DNA of 64,000 nucleotides. Source: Neoechinorhynchus agilis (lineage: Eukaryota; Animalia; Acanthocephala). Of this stretch, positions 11,405 to 25,297 are shown piece after piece (within the stretch, counting starts at the first letter, position 1; every line of letters begins with the position of its first letter). A model generated the notes under the pieces. It did not search any database. It saw only the letters and a program-made list of their open reading frames with translations, and had not been told where the DNA came from. The position numbers were made by a program, and so were the translations under genes. Location of the stretch: NCBI GenBank assembly GCA_051530055.1, contig CM121341.1, positions 7,046,784-7,110,783 on the forward strand, given 5' to 3'.

Positions 11405-12330
11405 AGCTCTGTGTTTTCCCGGAAATCTAAATTAGCCATCTAGTTTCTTACGATTTGATCTGAGCTCGACAAATACAATTAAGATTGCCGTATAGATTTT
11501 TACTTTATCATCATTATATTCTAGTTTGTCCATTACGCCCGGCTTATTTTTTTGGCATAAAGCAAAACCGATTACACCGGAGAAGTGATATAACCTCATA
11601 GCCTCTAATGCACGGTTAAAAGTTTGTTGATTCCTCCGGATTCTCAGATACCTCCCGAGGAGCCGGGACTCATCAGTGAGTTTCCTCCCTTCAACGAGAT
11701 ATTTCGTACCCTTTGTTTGTGCGTCATTGGCGGTAACGGATTCGAACGAGTTGATCCTTGAGTCCCGCTTCCTAATAAGATTAATTGTTTCATGAATGAT
11801 AATCGGCGACCGATAAACCTGTGTTGTCCAGAAAATCTAAATTAGCCATCTAGTTTCTTACGATTTGATCTGAGCTCGACAAATACAATTAAGATTGCCG
11901 TATAGATTTTTACTTTATCATCATTATGTTCTAGTTTGTCGATTACGCCCGGCTTATTTTTTTGGCATAAAGCAAAACCGATTACACCGGAGAAGTGATA
12001 TAACCTCATAGCCTCTAATGCACGGTTAAAAGTTTGTTGATTCCTCCGGATTCTCAGATACCTCCCGAGTAGCCGGGACTCATCAGTGAGTTTCCTCCCT
12101 TCAACGAGATATTTCGTACCCTTTGTTTGTGCGTCATTGGCGGTAACGGATTCGAACGAGTTGATCCTTGAGTCCCGCCTCCTAATAAGATTAATTGTTT
12201 CATGAATGATAATCGACGACCGATAAACCCTGTGTTTTCCAGAAAATCTAAATTGACCGCCTAGTTTCTTACGATTTGCTCTGAGCTCGACAAATACAAT
12301 TAAGACTGCCGTATAGATTTTAACCTTGTT
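11405..12330 (-). repeat. ~410-bp tandem repeat, ~2.2 copies
   Basis: ctagtttcttacgattt at 11440, 11850 and 12261. Confidence 0.9.
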
Positions 12331-12623
12331 GTTATTTTGTGCAAAATCATGTAAAATAGCGAAGGTAAAAAATATCTGAGAAGGGTAACAATCTGCATTA
12401 TTCGCAGCAAAAGAACGGATTTCGTCTTCTCTGAATAGTTTTATTGAGTGAAAATAGCCTAGAAGCATTTAGCAAAACAATCTCTATCGATGTCTATCAT
12501 TAAAGGAGTTAGCTAGATCCCTTCTAAAAATCCATTCCCTTTTCGCCGAGAGAAAACCCACAGTAGTAATATACGGATTTCTGATTCGGTAACCAAATAA
12601 TTGCGATTCGTGCTCCAAACTAT

Positions 12624-13030
12624 AAGACTTTGCGATTTAATATGAGAAAAATCTATTGCTATCGATCGGTCCCGGCAAACCAAAAACGAACACAAAATCT
12701 TATAACTTGGCAGACAAATAGTAGATTTCGCGGCTATTTTTTATTCTGATTTGTAGGGGCAAGATTATTCGAAAGTAAAAGTCGCAAACCACCAACCAAT
12801 AAAAAAATAAGACTTCGCGATTTAATATGAGAAAAATCTATTGTTATCGATTGGCATCGGCAAACCAAAAACGAACATAAAATCTTATAACTTGGCAAAC
12901 AAATAATAGATTTCGCGGCTATTTTTTATTCTGATTTGTAGGGGCAAGATTATTCGAAAGTAAAAGTCGCAAACCACCAACCAATAAAAATCCACCGCAA
13001 TTTAATGTGAGCAATGTCTATTGCTCTCGA
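12624..13030. repeat. 185-bp tandem duplication (2.2 copies) running into the SEC11 3' end
   Basis: aagactt.gcgatttaatatgagaaaaatctattg at 12624 and 12809. A degenerate third copy overlaps the SEC11 stop. Confidence 0.85.
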
Positions 13031-13664
13031 TTGGTCAAGACATAAGCGGCCAATATTAAAAGAACCATATACTAAAGTCGGGTGTTAAATGAGAAATCGA
13101 AAGATCACATTCACCTTTAATTGTGGATAATCGTTCATTATGATGGTGACCATGCCAACATAAGGTAGACAGCCAGCAGTCTTTCCAATAATATCCTTTT
13201 TTCGCAACCAGAGCTGGCCTTTTGGATAGAGGCCACGGTCATCCACCTCGTTGTTATCACCTTTGGTTAATATTCTCATGTCGTCTTTGTGTCCATGGAC
13301 TTTTATGGCTCGATGAACGATTGGAATATCTCTTTGGTTCAATTTAAATACAACGACCTCACCAGCCTTTATGGGCGCCGATCGATCGTAGGTAAGGAGT
13401 AGAAGATCCCCTCGATGGAATGCCGGTTCCATACTGCCGCTGAGTACGACAACAACGGGACTGTCACTCCCTGTTGCAAGCATCAGTGATTTCCAAATCA
13501 TGAACGCCGTCGATACAACCATGAGCAGGTTGAGAATCTGGTAGATGATCTTCATAGAAATTAAAGTGTCAACTTCAGTGAGTAAGAAGGACTCAAACCT
13601 GACGAGGATGCATCCGTTTTATCTCATCGATTGGAATTCCTAAGCTTAAGAGACACGAATGCAT
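13018..13664 (-). CDS. SEC11: Signal peptidase complex catalytic subunit SEC11
   Basis: SPVVVVLSGSMEPAFHRGD, IPIVHR, TKGDNNEVDDRGLY and LPYVGMVTIIMNDYP. Extra 5' exon (DEIKRMHPRQ) and 3' exon (YMVLLILAAYVLTNREQ*) are joined by GT-AG introns. Confidence 0.97.
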
Positions 13665-13749
13665 CTAAATTTAAGATGACTTACATAAAGATTCGGATTT
13701 TTATACGAACAAAAAACGATATTGTAAAGCGACAGAATGTCGATCATCA

Positions 13750-15100
13750 TTATTAGTTGGTTAGTTATGAAAAGTGTCTTGGAGATTCTTATTCTTTAGA
13801 ATTTTTTAATCATCAAGAGAAAAATCATCGGGTCGCCGTGGATGGAAAAATCAATTAAAGATTTTTCAAATGATTGACTGGGCTTCCTTTTTTTGGAAAT
13901 ATCTCAATTTTTGAAGTGTGTTATTTAAAAGTCTTCTTAACCTTTTAAATAATTCTTTAAAAATAAAGACGTTCTTTGAACCTCGTCGAGAACTTCATGA
14001 TCATCAGTTTGGTTAGTTATTAAAAGTGTCTTGGAGATTCTTATTCTTTAGAATTTTTAATCATCAAGAGAAAAATCATTTGGGGTCGTCGTGGATGAAA
14101 AAATCAATTAAAGATTTTTCAAATTATTGATTAGGCTTCCTTTTTTGGAAATATCTCAATTTTTGAAGTGTGTTATTTAAGTCTTCTTAACCTTTTAAAT
14201 AATTCTTTAAAATTAAAGACGTTCTTTGAACCTCGTCGAGTTCATGATCATCAGTTGGTTAGTTATTAAAAGTGTCTTGGAGATTCTTTTCTTTAGAATT
14301 TTTAATCATCAAGAGAAAAATCATTTGGGGTCGCCGTGGATGAAAAAATCAATTAAAGTCTTTTTAGATGACTGATTAGACTGCCTTTTTTTTGGAAATA
14401 TCTCAATTTTTGAAGTGTGTTATTTAAAAGTCTTCTCAACCTTTTAAATAATTCTTTAAAATTAAAGACGTTCTTTGAACCCCGTCGAGAACTTCATGAT
14501 CATCAGTTGGTTAGTTATTAAAAGTGTCTTGGAGATTCTTATTCTTTAGAATTTTTTAATCATCAAGAGAAAAATCATCGGGTCGCCGTGGATGAAAAAT
14601 TAATTAAAGATTTTTCAAATGATTGACTGCCTTTTTTTGGAAATATCTCAATTTTTTAAGTGTGTTATTTAAGTCTTCTTAACCTTTTAAATAATTCTTT
14701 AAAAATAAAGACGTTCTTTGAACCTCGTCGAGAACTTCATGATCATCAGTTGGTTAGTTATTAAAAGTGTCTTGGAGATTCTTATTCTTTAGAATTTTTT
14801 AATCATCAAGAGAAAAATCATCGGGTCGCCGTGGATGGAAAAATTAATTAAAGATTTTTCAAATGATTGATTAGGCTTCCTTTTTTGGAAATATCTCAAT
14901 TTTTTAAGTGTGTTATTTAAGTCTTCTTAACCTTTTAAATAATTCTTTAAAAATAAAGACGTTCTTTGAACCTCGTCGAGAACTTCATGATCATCAGTTG
15001 GTTAGTTATTAAAAGTGTCTTGGAGATTCTTGTTCTTTAGAATTTTTAATCATCAAGAGAAAAATCATTTGGGGTCGCCGTGGATGAAAAAATCAATTAA
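13750..15100. repeat. Tandem array, ~248-bp monomer, ~5.4 copies
   Basis: ttggttagttat.aaaagtgtcttggagattc at 13757, 14009, 14255, 14507, 14750 and 14998. Confidence 0.95.
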
Positions 15101-15410
15101 AGCTTTCGGCGAACCTGATTCGGCAGCCTTTTTAAGGTTACCGAGCGAGTTCTTTTTTGGCATCGACAAGTCAAACTCGGTTACTCGCGTCCAATTTGAC
15201 AAACGAACGCTGAGAGGTCCGGAATGAAAGCGAATGGAAAAAATGGAAAATAAACCAGGAAAACAGTACGGGCCTAAGAAATATAGGAAAAAAGCGTCGT
15301 ATTCAGGCAAAATTAGTCCCTTGGCAAATGGCAGAATTCTAATAGCCGAAAGAACACCATCTACGATAATGTTCTTTCCGACTTAAATTCTAATGTTCGA
15401 GATGTCATGA

Positions 15411-16861
15411 CTACGTAATCCTTTTGCCGGATAAAACGTATTTTGATCCTTTAAAATATTTTTATCCGACAAGGGATTATGACCACCGCATTTCGAACTC
15501 TTGGACTATTATTCCAAAAGATTTTCTCTCTCTCTCTCGATGATTAATACTTTGTTTTGGAGATGGTGATCATAATCCTTTCCTCGGATAAAAATATTTT
15601 AAAGGATCAAAATGCTTTATCCGAGGAAAGGATTATGACAACCGCATTTCGAACTCTTGGACTATTATTCCAAAATTTTCTCTCTCTCGATGATTAATAC
15701 TTTGTTTTGGAGATGGTGATCATAATCCTTTCTCGATAAAAATATTTTAAAGGATCAAAATACGCTTTATCCGAGGAAAGGATTATGACCACCGCATTTC
15801 GAACTCTTGGACTATTATTCCAAAAGATTTTCTCTCTCTCGATGATTAATACTTTGTTTTGGAGATGGTGATCATAATCCTTTCCTCGGATAAAAATATT
15901 TTAAAGGATCAAAATACGCTTTATCCGAGGAAAGGATTATGACCACCGCATTTCGAACTCTTGGACTATTATTCCAAAAGATTTTCTCTCTCTCGATGAT
16001 TAATACTTTGTTTTGGAGATGGTGATCATAATCCTTTCCTCGGATAAAAATATTTTAAAGGATCAAAATACGCTTTATCCGAGGAAAGGATTATGACCAC
16101 CGCATTTCGAACTCTTGGACTATTATTCCAAAAGATTTTCTCTCTCCTCGATGATTAATACTTTGTTTTGGAGATGGTGATCATAATCCTTTCCTCGGAT
16201 AAAAATATTTTAAAGGATCAAAATACGCTTTATCCGAGGAAAGGATTATGACCACCGCATTTCGAACTCTTGGACTATTATTCCAAAAGATTTTCTCTCT
16301 CTCGATGATTAATACTTTTGGAGATGGTGATCATAATCCTTTCCTGGATAAAATATTTAAAGGACAAAATACGCTTTATCCGAGGAAAGGATTATGACCA
16401 CCGCATTTCGAACTCTTGGACTATTATTCCAAAAGATTTTCTCTCTCTCGATGATTAATACTTTGTTTTGGAGATGGTGATCATAATCCTTTCCTCGGAT
16501 AAAAATATTTTAAAGGATCAAAATACGCTTTATCCGAGGAAAGGATTATGACCACCGCATTTCGAACTCTTGGACTATTATTCCAAAAGATTTTCTCTCT
16601 CTCGATGATTAATACTTTGTTTTGGAGATGGTGATCATAATCCTTTCCTCGGATAAAAATATTTTAAAGGATCAAAATACGCTTTATCCGAGGAAAGGAT
16701 TATGACAACCGCATTTCGAACTCTTGGACTATTATTCCAAAAGATTTTCTCTCTCTCGATGATTAATACTTTGTTTTGGAGATGGTGATCATAATCCTTT
16801 CCTCGGATAAAAATATTTTAAAGGATCAAAATACGCTTTATCCGAGGAAAGGATTACGTAG
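15411..16861. repeat. Fold-back-like array: 9 copies of a 154-bp monomer, each with a 28-bp inverted repeat, bounded by ~60-bp terminal inverted repeats
   Basis: ggattatgac at 15474, 15630, 15780, 15934, 16088, 16243, 16389, 16543 and 16697. In-unit inverted repeat: ggtgatcataatcctttcctcggataaa / tttatccgaggaaaggattatgaccacc. Termini ctacgtaatcc (15411) and ggattacgtag (16851-16861). Confidence 0.92.
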
Positions 16862-17525
16862 CCACCACGTCCAAAACAAAGTATTAATCATCGAGAGAGA
16901 GAAAATCCTTTTTTTGGGATGATAGAGTTTAAGATGTGATGGTCATAATCCTTTGCCGGATAGAAATATTTTAAATTATCGAAATATTTTCTTTTGGTAG
17001 TTTTCAACCAAGGATTTGAGTTCACTAATTGGCAAACTTGCAAAACAATGGCAAACCTTGAGGAAATGTCGGAATTATCTGAGAGGTGAAATATCGAGGA
17101 AATAAATTAGTGAATTTAAATCCGGGGTGGCAAAACTAAGAAAACGAAACTATCTTTTCCCTGAAGATAATAATCCAAGGATCGAAATATGTTTTATCCG
17201 GCAAAGGTTTATGATCACCACATCTCAAGCTCTATCACCCCAAAAGATTTTCTCTCGATGATTGAAATCTAATGTTTCAATGGAAAAATTTCTCTTTCAA
17301 ATTAATTCAGTCCTTCGGGTCTGAAGGATTTTGAGATCCTTAGGCATTCGCTTTTTGTGGTTTCCTTTAATCCGAACGCTTTTAATCTCTGAGCTCCATT
17401 TCCAAAAAAGTCAATTTCTTCATCGTGACCAAAGAATTGGCGATTCTCCTTTAAAATGAAGAACTCGGATCCCTAGCGCTTTACACTCACTTTAAATAAT
17501 CGGTTTCATTCATGCTAAACAATTT

Positions 17526-20500
17526 TTACAGTAAAAATGTAAAAACAAATGCACAAATGGATCCCGGCGGCAGTGTAGTTCGATCCGCTTTTGTAAAGAA
17601 TTTATCATGACCTCCACGGCCTGTAAGTCCTGATTGCCTCACTTCTTTGAGAAAGGATGCTTTTTTCGAAGGAACGAGACTGTGAGGAGAGAAATCTCTG
17701 ATCTAAACGAAATGGTATTTAGTATTTCTATAAGAAAAGGGTAGTTTTACCTCTCGGCGGGCGTGTACTATCATCAGATACTCCTGGTGGCTTAGTTGTA
17801 TCACGTTTGTAAGAAAAAGTCCTTCGATTTCTTTTTCAATTAAGCTTTCAAAGTTCAACGATTGATTGATCAATTGAAGTGGAAAGTGAAGACCGGTAAT
17901 TAGTTTACTTGCTCTCTCATCGACGTTTATTACCTTCAAAAAAGAATGGAAGTGGTTTTAAGAAAAGGCTCAGTTGTCAAAAACATTTTAAAACAAAGAT
18001 TGATCAAAAAAATTACCCAATGCTCGTCGTTCTATAGACGGCAATCAGTAAGCCAACCGATTCTCAATAATCACCGTTTTTGGATGTGAGCCCGAGGCTG
18101 AACAACGAGAAGTATAAATAATGAATTTATGCTGACTCGGTCGATTGTCAGACAGCGGTTCATCGGTACCTCTGGAATCATCAACTGGTGAACGTCTATC
18201 GAGCAGTAGATCCATGCTACCTTTTAAGCAAGGCTATCTTAAAATTCCGGAATTTATTGTTTCTAACCTTTTTCAAAGAATCCGACACCACGAGGCTGTC
18301 CGCTGATAACAGTTAACGAACTTTCTCCATTACAAACGAAAGCGGACGTGACAAGTGGGAAAATATTCGATTTTTTCGGTAGATTTTGTTTAATATTCCG
18401 TCGTATCATCTAATTGGAGGATTTTTATAATGTCATCCAATCATAGGGCGCCCTACTTGAAGTCCGTTTGAATCCGAATAAACGAGTGGCATATGTAATG
18501 GATTTTCAGTGCATAAACGATACGCAACATCTATTGCGGCGATTGAACTGAATTTCAAATCGGTGTATATGTCCAGATAAACTTCCTTTTCCGCTTCTTC
18601 AGTGGAATTTATTCAACTTGTTGGCGTTAGAAAATAACTTACTGTTGTTCATGGTCATTGCACGCATCCAAACGAGGGAATCGGTGGTCTCGTAAAGTGA
18701 TATAACTGCTTCATAAACAGGTCCTCGGATCAAATAGACTGATTTTGGATCTCTTAGCGTCTAAATAAGAAATGATTGTAGTACATTCAATTTTAGCACT
18801 CAAAACTTTAAGGATATCAAATACTTAAATGGTCTTTGATAAACCTTTTCTTTTAAAGGAACATTCACTGAAAGTGCTCTTATTTTTGCTTAGCTTCGGG
18901 TTTGTGATCGACGAAGGTAAATCTATAGATTATACAAAGTAGAGGCCGCTGTGGTTTCATTGCTTTTGATGAATTATAAATTTTATATTCCTTTATATAC
19001 TAACCTGTTTAGTTTCAAATTTTTGGGCCAAATAACATCCTGGATTGCTTTCTGCATTATCAGTGTGGATCATTTCTTTATATACAACAAGAATGCCATT
19101 TACGTATTGATTGCCAATCTTCCTTATATTGCCCCTGCGGTCAAATTCAACATACCCACCAATGACAATGTCTCCTTCGTCTTTTGGACCTCCTGGTAAT
19201 ATTTTTCTTATGCTTTCCTTGGGACAATCGGCATGATTTGAAATCTCAACTCGATACGTCTTGAATGACATTGGATCCAATCGTGCTATAAAAGCCAATT
19301 CCGAAGAACTGTCCATTGGAAATTCAATAAAAAACAACTGCGATTGGATAGTTTCGTTGGTTCGTTCGTCAATCACTTTAGCACAATTATTATACTCAGA
19401 CGATCTTATTTTGATTTGTACGAGTTGTTCAACGGCTTCGAGATGACTATTGAAAAAAGAAATCCGTGAGCTGGAATTGATTTCTAACGACGACGTATTT
19501 AAAAAATCATTTAGTACTTCATTAAGCGCTTGAATATCGTCTTTGCACAGATTGATCTACAAGACGATATCCAGGGTTTTTGTAACTAGATCGTTCATTC
19601 TATTCAACATCTTCTCATTGTCCTCAATGACATACTGTTTGGAAGTACCAGTAACGGTGTCGTGGTGGGAATAAAGACCACCCATTGCTCGAATGCTTTC
19701 AATTGTTTCCTTTGAATCAGACAGTCCGAGATAAAAAGCAAAAATCTCAGTCATGCGAGTTTTTGCAATCATCTGGGTACCTAAAGATTTCAAATACGGC
19801 CTAGTCGAATAATATCCCGTCCAATAATCATTTGCTCGATCGGAATAAGGTAGAAAATCACCCGAAAAAGTCTTATGTGAATAATGTTCAATTTCATTAA
19901 AATACTCGGATAATGTGGAGAACTTTGCCTCTACATTCCATTTGGGAACTGTGTTCATGTAATCCATAACCTTTTTATAAGCTTCTATGGCCTCTTTCGC
20001 GGCACCGTAATTGGAATACCGGAAATCGTCACCGAGTTCAACGAGAACAATCGATCCGCCATACAATTCAGCTTTTTTTCTAAACTGGCCATAGAGACTG
20101 GACGCTAAAGAAAATAGATTGATACGGTTTGGAAGGACAATTTTACTGGATTTCCACGGGCAAGTCATTCCAAGCAAAAGTCGTTCGAAATCAAACTGGC
20201 AACAAATCTCCGGTTCTGGACCACAGGTGTGGGGGATATCGTACGAATAGAATGGAGTAAGATGAGTGAGTACTGATTCACTGCCATCTATCGTCCACTT
20301 AAACTCCAACATCCCTTTTCGCATCGCTAAATGTCGTTTAATCGCATAATGAACACGATGAATGGCTAATCGGTTTATGCCTGACTCACTAAGTATCTTT
20401 ACACTTCCACTTGAATATCCAAACAAATCAAGCGACCATGCTGATCTATTAGCTTCTTTAAAGAGGTTTCGTTCAGTTAGCCATTGATGGCCAAGTGCAA

Positions 20501-21128
20501 GTTGATCAACGAGCGTAACAAAGTGATTAAGAGCTTCATCAGGAACAACCCATCCACCAGCGCCCGTATCAAAATGACCATTCTGGATCATTTCTTTTAA
20601 TTGGTTTCGATTTGAATCACTCGTTTCATTCCACCATCTAGCCAAAAATGCCACTGCGTCCCATTGGAACCGAAATTTATCATTTTCACTCAATAACCTG
20701 ATAACGTTATCCAGAATCTGTCGGACGTATCCATTATAGTACTCGTCAAAAGTCCGAATCCACGTCGTGTCCAAATGTGAGTGCGGAACAATATGAACCT
20801 TCAGTTTCGTCTTTCGACTACTTGGTATAATCGGAAATCCTTGCTTCCAACTACCACCATCACAGTCCGTAAAGTCCACCTGATCCCTTAAGTGAAACGA
20901 ATCGAAGTTATACGGGTGATTCAAATAGTTATTTCCGTGGCACGCTCGTGTTTGTATATCCATTACTTTTGCCAAAGCTGCCGAGTTCGTTTTTGTGCTT
21001 CCACGAATACGGATTAGACATATGAAGGTCAATGAGGCTGCAACAAATAAAAGAACGTTTCGTTTCAACCTTCTACAAAGCATCTTTGGAAAAATGATGT
21101 ATGTGAGTTGAGCTGATGAGTTACTCAT
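17526..21128 (-). CDS. MAN2A: Golgi alpha-mannosidase II (GH38), multi-exon
   Basis: N-terminal TM anchor, VHIVPHSHLDTTW, GGWVVPDEA, WSLDLFGYS, YDIPHTCGPEPEICCQFDF, DYWTGYYSTRP and HHDTVTGT. Downstream exons include YSDSNGLQ and LLDRR..DDSRG and end at LPPGSICAFVFTFLL*. Some 3' junctions are approximate. Confidence 0.92.
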
Positions 21129-21684
21129 TTCGTGTGGCGTGTGTGAGTTGTTTGAGTATGCAACCTCGTCGATCGCAGACTAGACAAAGTTTTCTAAAAA
21201 CAACAACACTGGTTTCAAACGTAAATCAAAGGTATATCCATACTGATTGGACTTATTGAAATCATGCGATTTGTTCTAAATGGTTTTCCAAACTATTGCG
21301 AAATATTAAACTTTTCGTTAATCAATGCCATTTTTTTGAAATATACAATTGTTGAGATTGGACCTGTAAAACCAGATTATACATTAGGTAATTTCAAATG
21401 CAATTGATTAATGTTACTAAAAATCGCTTAGTTAGAATTTAGCTGTCCAAATAAATTACGGAGTCGACAAAGTAGAATTTCTTTTTTTCAGTTTTGCCAT
21501 TAATTTTACCTTTTCATCTAGGTTTGTCATTGCTTCGCAAGTTTTGAAAGAAATCCAAGACCACAAAGTAGAATCTTGAAAACAGTACGATTTGATCAAA
21601 ATTGCAAAAGGCTTTTCAGCAACGTTGGAATTCACAACTCGGGGGTTGTTTCATTAAAATTGATTATGGCACAGTGCCACCTCC

Positions 21685-22853
21685 TTTTTCTATAGGTAAA
21701 AAATCAATCGGAAATCATCAGTGTGCTCGTGTTTATTAAAAGACATCTTTAAAAATCAAATTGAACGTTTATATGTCATTCTTTGGGATAAAAGCCTCTT
21801 TCCTCCGGTGAGAACCACTTTTTCTATAGGTAAAAAATCAATCGGAAATCACCAGTGTGCTCGTGTTTATTAAAAGATATTTAAAAATCAAATTGAACGT
21901 TTATATGTCATTCTTTGGGATAAAAGCCTTCCGCCGTGAGAACCACTTTTTCTATAGGTAAAAAATCAATCGGAAATCATCAGTGTGCTCGATAAAAGAC
22001 ACTTAAAATCAAATTGAACGTTTATATGTCATTCTTTGGGATAAAAGCCTCTTTCCTCCGGTGAGAACCACTTTTTCTATAGGTAAAAAATCAATCGGAA
22101 ATCATCAGTGTGCTCGTGTTTATTAAAAGATATTTAAAAAAAATCAAATTTAACGTTTATATGTCATTCTTTGGGATAAAAGCCTCTTTCCGCCGGTGAG
22201 AACCACTTTTTCTATAGGTAAAAAATCAATCGGAAATCACCAGTGTGCTCGTGTTTATTAAAAGATATTTAAAAAAAATCAAATTTAACGTTTATATGTC
22301 ATTCTTTGGGATAAAAGCCTCTTTCCTCCGGTGAGAACCACTTTTTCTATAGGTAAAAAATCAATCGGAAATCATCAGTGTGCTCGTGTTTATTAAAAGA
22401 TATTTAAAAAAAATCAAATTTAACGTTTATATGTCATTCTTTGGGATAAAAGCCTCTTTCCTCCGGTGAGAACCACTTTTTCTATAGGTAAAAAATCAAT
22501 CGGAAATCATCAGTGTGCTCGTGTTTATTAAAAGACATCTTTAAAAATCAAATTGAACGTTTATATGTCATTCTGGGATAAAAGCCTCTTTCCTCCGGTG
22601 AGAACCACTTTTTCTATAGGTAAAAAATCAATCGGAAATCACCAGTGTGCTCGTGTTTTTTTAAAGACATCTTTAAAAAATCAAATTGAACGTTTATATG
22701 TCATTCTTTGGGATAAAAGCCTCTTTCCGCCGGTGAGAACCACTTTTTCTATAGGTAAAAAATCAATCGGAAATCACCAGTGTGCTCGTGTTTATTAAAA
22801 GACATCTTTAAAAAAATCAAATTTAACGTTTATATGTCATTCTTTGGGATAAA
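21685..22853. repeat. Tandem array, ~135-bp monomer, ~8.7 copies
   Basis: tataggtaaaaaatcaatcgg at 21691, 21825, 21953, 22078, 22213, 22348, 22483, 22615 and 22750. Confidence 0.96.
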
Positions 22854-24539
22854 AACATCAAAATACTTTTGAAATTTTAGATGGTGCAATGGCGTTACAT
22901 GGTTAACGAAGTTCACTATTTGTGGTCATAGGGCTTTGAAATCTAAAGTAAAACGGGTTTGTTATTTGCGAATAAGGACAAGCGATCTTAAGTTATTAAA
23001 ATCAATCGTTCTGATCATTTAAGCAATTCTCAAAGTACTTGTTTTGTCGAGGATACCGCAGAGAAGGATCTTCGACAATCGATTGATACTCAGACGAATG
23101 CCCTTTCGACCATTACACCACCAAAACGGTAGCTGAATCTTTTTTTAAAGAAATTTCACATTTGTTCAAATTGGAAAAGCCACTAATTAGAACCAAAACG
23201 ATCGCGTGTTCTATTTGGTTAATTTGTGATTTTTCAATAGCGATAACGATGAACTCCGCAGTCGATCTGATGAAATGTGCCAATTATGGTATGCATTTTC
23301 GGATTCCTTCATCCTATTCTCAAAATGCAAGGGCACTGAAAAAGAAGGATCGATTTTTTCTTGAAGAATGTTTCATTCATTTAGATGGAATTAGATAAAA
23401 AGTTTTCAAGTCAAAAAAAGGTGATTGTTAAAGGTTTACTAATTCAAAAAAAATCTGATTTCCTCTAACGATATTTGCAAACTTCTAGTCAGCATTTAGG
23501 ATACGTTTTAAGCAGCAGCAGCGACTGCATATTATCTTTATGGACGGGCAGATATGTGTGACTGTAAGGTAAACACGAATTCCATTAGGGGAGTACCGCT
23601 ACTAATGGTTATGTAGAATCAGCGAGAGAGATATCATCTTTACAGTCTCCGAATTGTGGGGAAAAAGTGGACGAAGCGAATTGGTTAGAGCAATATTTCG
23701 TCTTCTACGTGAGACTTGGGACGTAAGTTCTCCGAAAAATTGAAGCATACCATTCATTAGTGAGTTTCGTCATGTTTTTAATTCATTGGAAATACATAAA
23801 CGTACTCATCGTCCATATATTCATTGAGCGAAAAACACTCGAGTTCGGATAAATGAAACTGGCTATTGATTTTGGAACCGTAAAGAAATTATTCATTATA
23901 GTTTCAGTTAGCGATGTTTGATTCAGAAATAGATTTATCTTGAAACCTTTCGGCCTTTTCGTTGACTTCAATTTTCGCAAGTTTTTTCAACTGTGAATGC
24001 GTCCTCGGAACTGATTTTGGAGTGGATTACGAGTCCGGCGTTGAATTGTTCATAAATAGGTTGTTTTCTGGCGCGAAGAAATCAAAATGATTTTAAAATC
24101 CGATATTTCGAAGACCTTGATAAAAAAGGCGTACAAGATTGTGCCTCCGAAAACAATCGGATTTTAAAAATAAAATCATTTTAATTTCTTCGCTCCAGAA
24201 AACAACCTAAAGCCATAAGCCACACTTACAAACAATTCTGGATAAGTCCCACGTAGAGGACGAAATACTAGAACTTAGTTCATAAATACGGATATTGTTT
24301 CTTTTGGTAGTTATAACTCGAGTCAAATGGTTCAAATTATAGCCGATGACGCAAACTATCTTAAAAGGGACGAAATACCTCGTTGAAGGAAAATGGAAAC
24401 TCACTGATGAGTACCAAACCCGTGTTCTGGGAATCCTTGTCGAACCCCCGAAGATGGCTTTATTTCCGTCCCTCAGTTTAAACAACCAATATAGATAGCT
24501 TCCAAAGTGTTTGTTCATGACTGTGAAAAATAAAAGAAA

Positions 24540-24660
24540 TTTTGGTTAAATCCGATTGTTTTCGTCAAGCCACGATCAAGTTTGTAAAGTGTTTCACCAA
24601 AAAAATTAAAAAAAAGGCGTACAAGGTTGTGCCTCCGAAAACAATCGGATTTAACCAAAA
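24540..24660. mobile_element. MITE-like element with a 25-bp perfect inverted repeat; related copy at 29832-29912
   Basis: ttttggttaaatccgattgttttcg (24540-24564) pairs with cgaaaacaatcggatttaaccaaaa (24636-24660). The same arms recur at 29832/29896, with a half copy near 24150. Confidence 0.6.
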
Positions 24661-25297
24661 AATCTTCGGAGCCATAAACAAACATCAGAATAATTCAGTC
24701 TTCAAACAACTTTTAAAGACATTTTAATAACTAGTAAACTGATTATAAACCCAACAAAAAATTCTTTAAAGTGTGAAGACTTGTAAACAACACTTCTTTA
24801 GATAGCTTCCATTGTTAGGCGATTTCGTGTGGTCGGTTTTATCCAACAATTAAAGACATAATTAAATTTGTTAGGCACATTTTTTAGTCTTTAATTAATT
24901 CAAGAATCACCACATCTAACACACACAAAGCTCTCCATGCTCTCGATTGAGCTACTTTTAAAAATTGTGTGAATTTCTTGAAATGTGAAACGATATAAAG
25001 ATTAAACCACTTGGATCCGCTCATGGATTTTTTATCTTTGACTATTATCTTCTCATATTCGCATAATTCTTAAACAAGAACGATCAATAGTCACGAATAG
25101 CAGAAACGAAATTTTATTGTTTTGGTCTGGTTCATCAATGGTTTGTTTCGCGAACAAACTTTTTTCATTTTGCTTTCGAGAATTCTATTGATTTTTCTCA
25201 TTTAAAATGGTTGACACGATTTTTCTTTAATTTTACAAGAACCCTCTATAAATACACGAGGATTTGTGATACTTTTGTGTTCAAACCAAAGTATATT

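Larger units (their letters stand above)
10343..12330 (+). repeat. Left arm of an inverted segmental duplication (partner ~49445-52779)
   Basis: 10343-11420 is the near-identical reverse complement of ~51700-52779. The adjoining 410-bp repeats are shared as well. Confidence 0.92.

Noticed and set aside
23250-23830. Small spliced gene on the + strand
   Set aside because: Several mutually incompatible exon chains are possible and none resembles a known protein.
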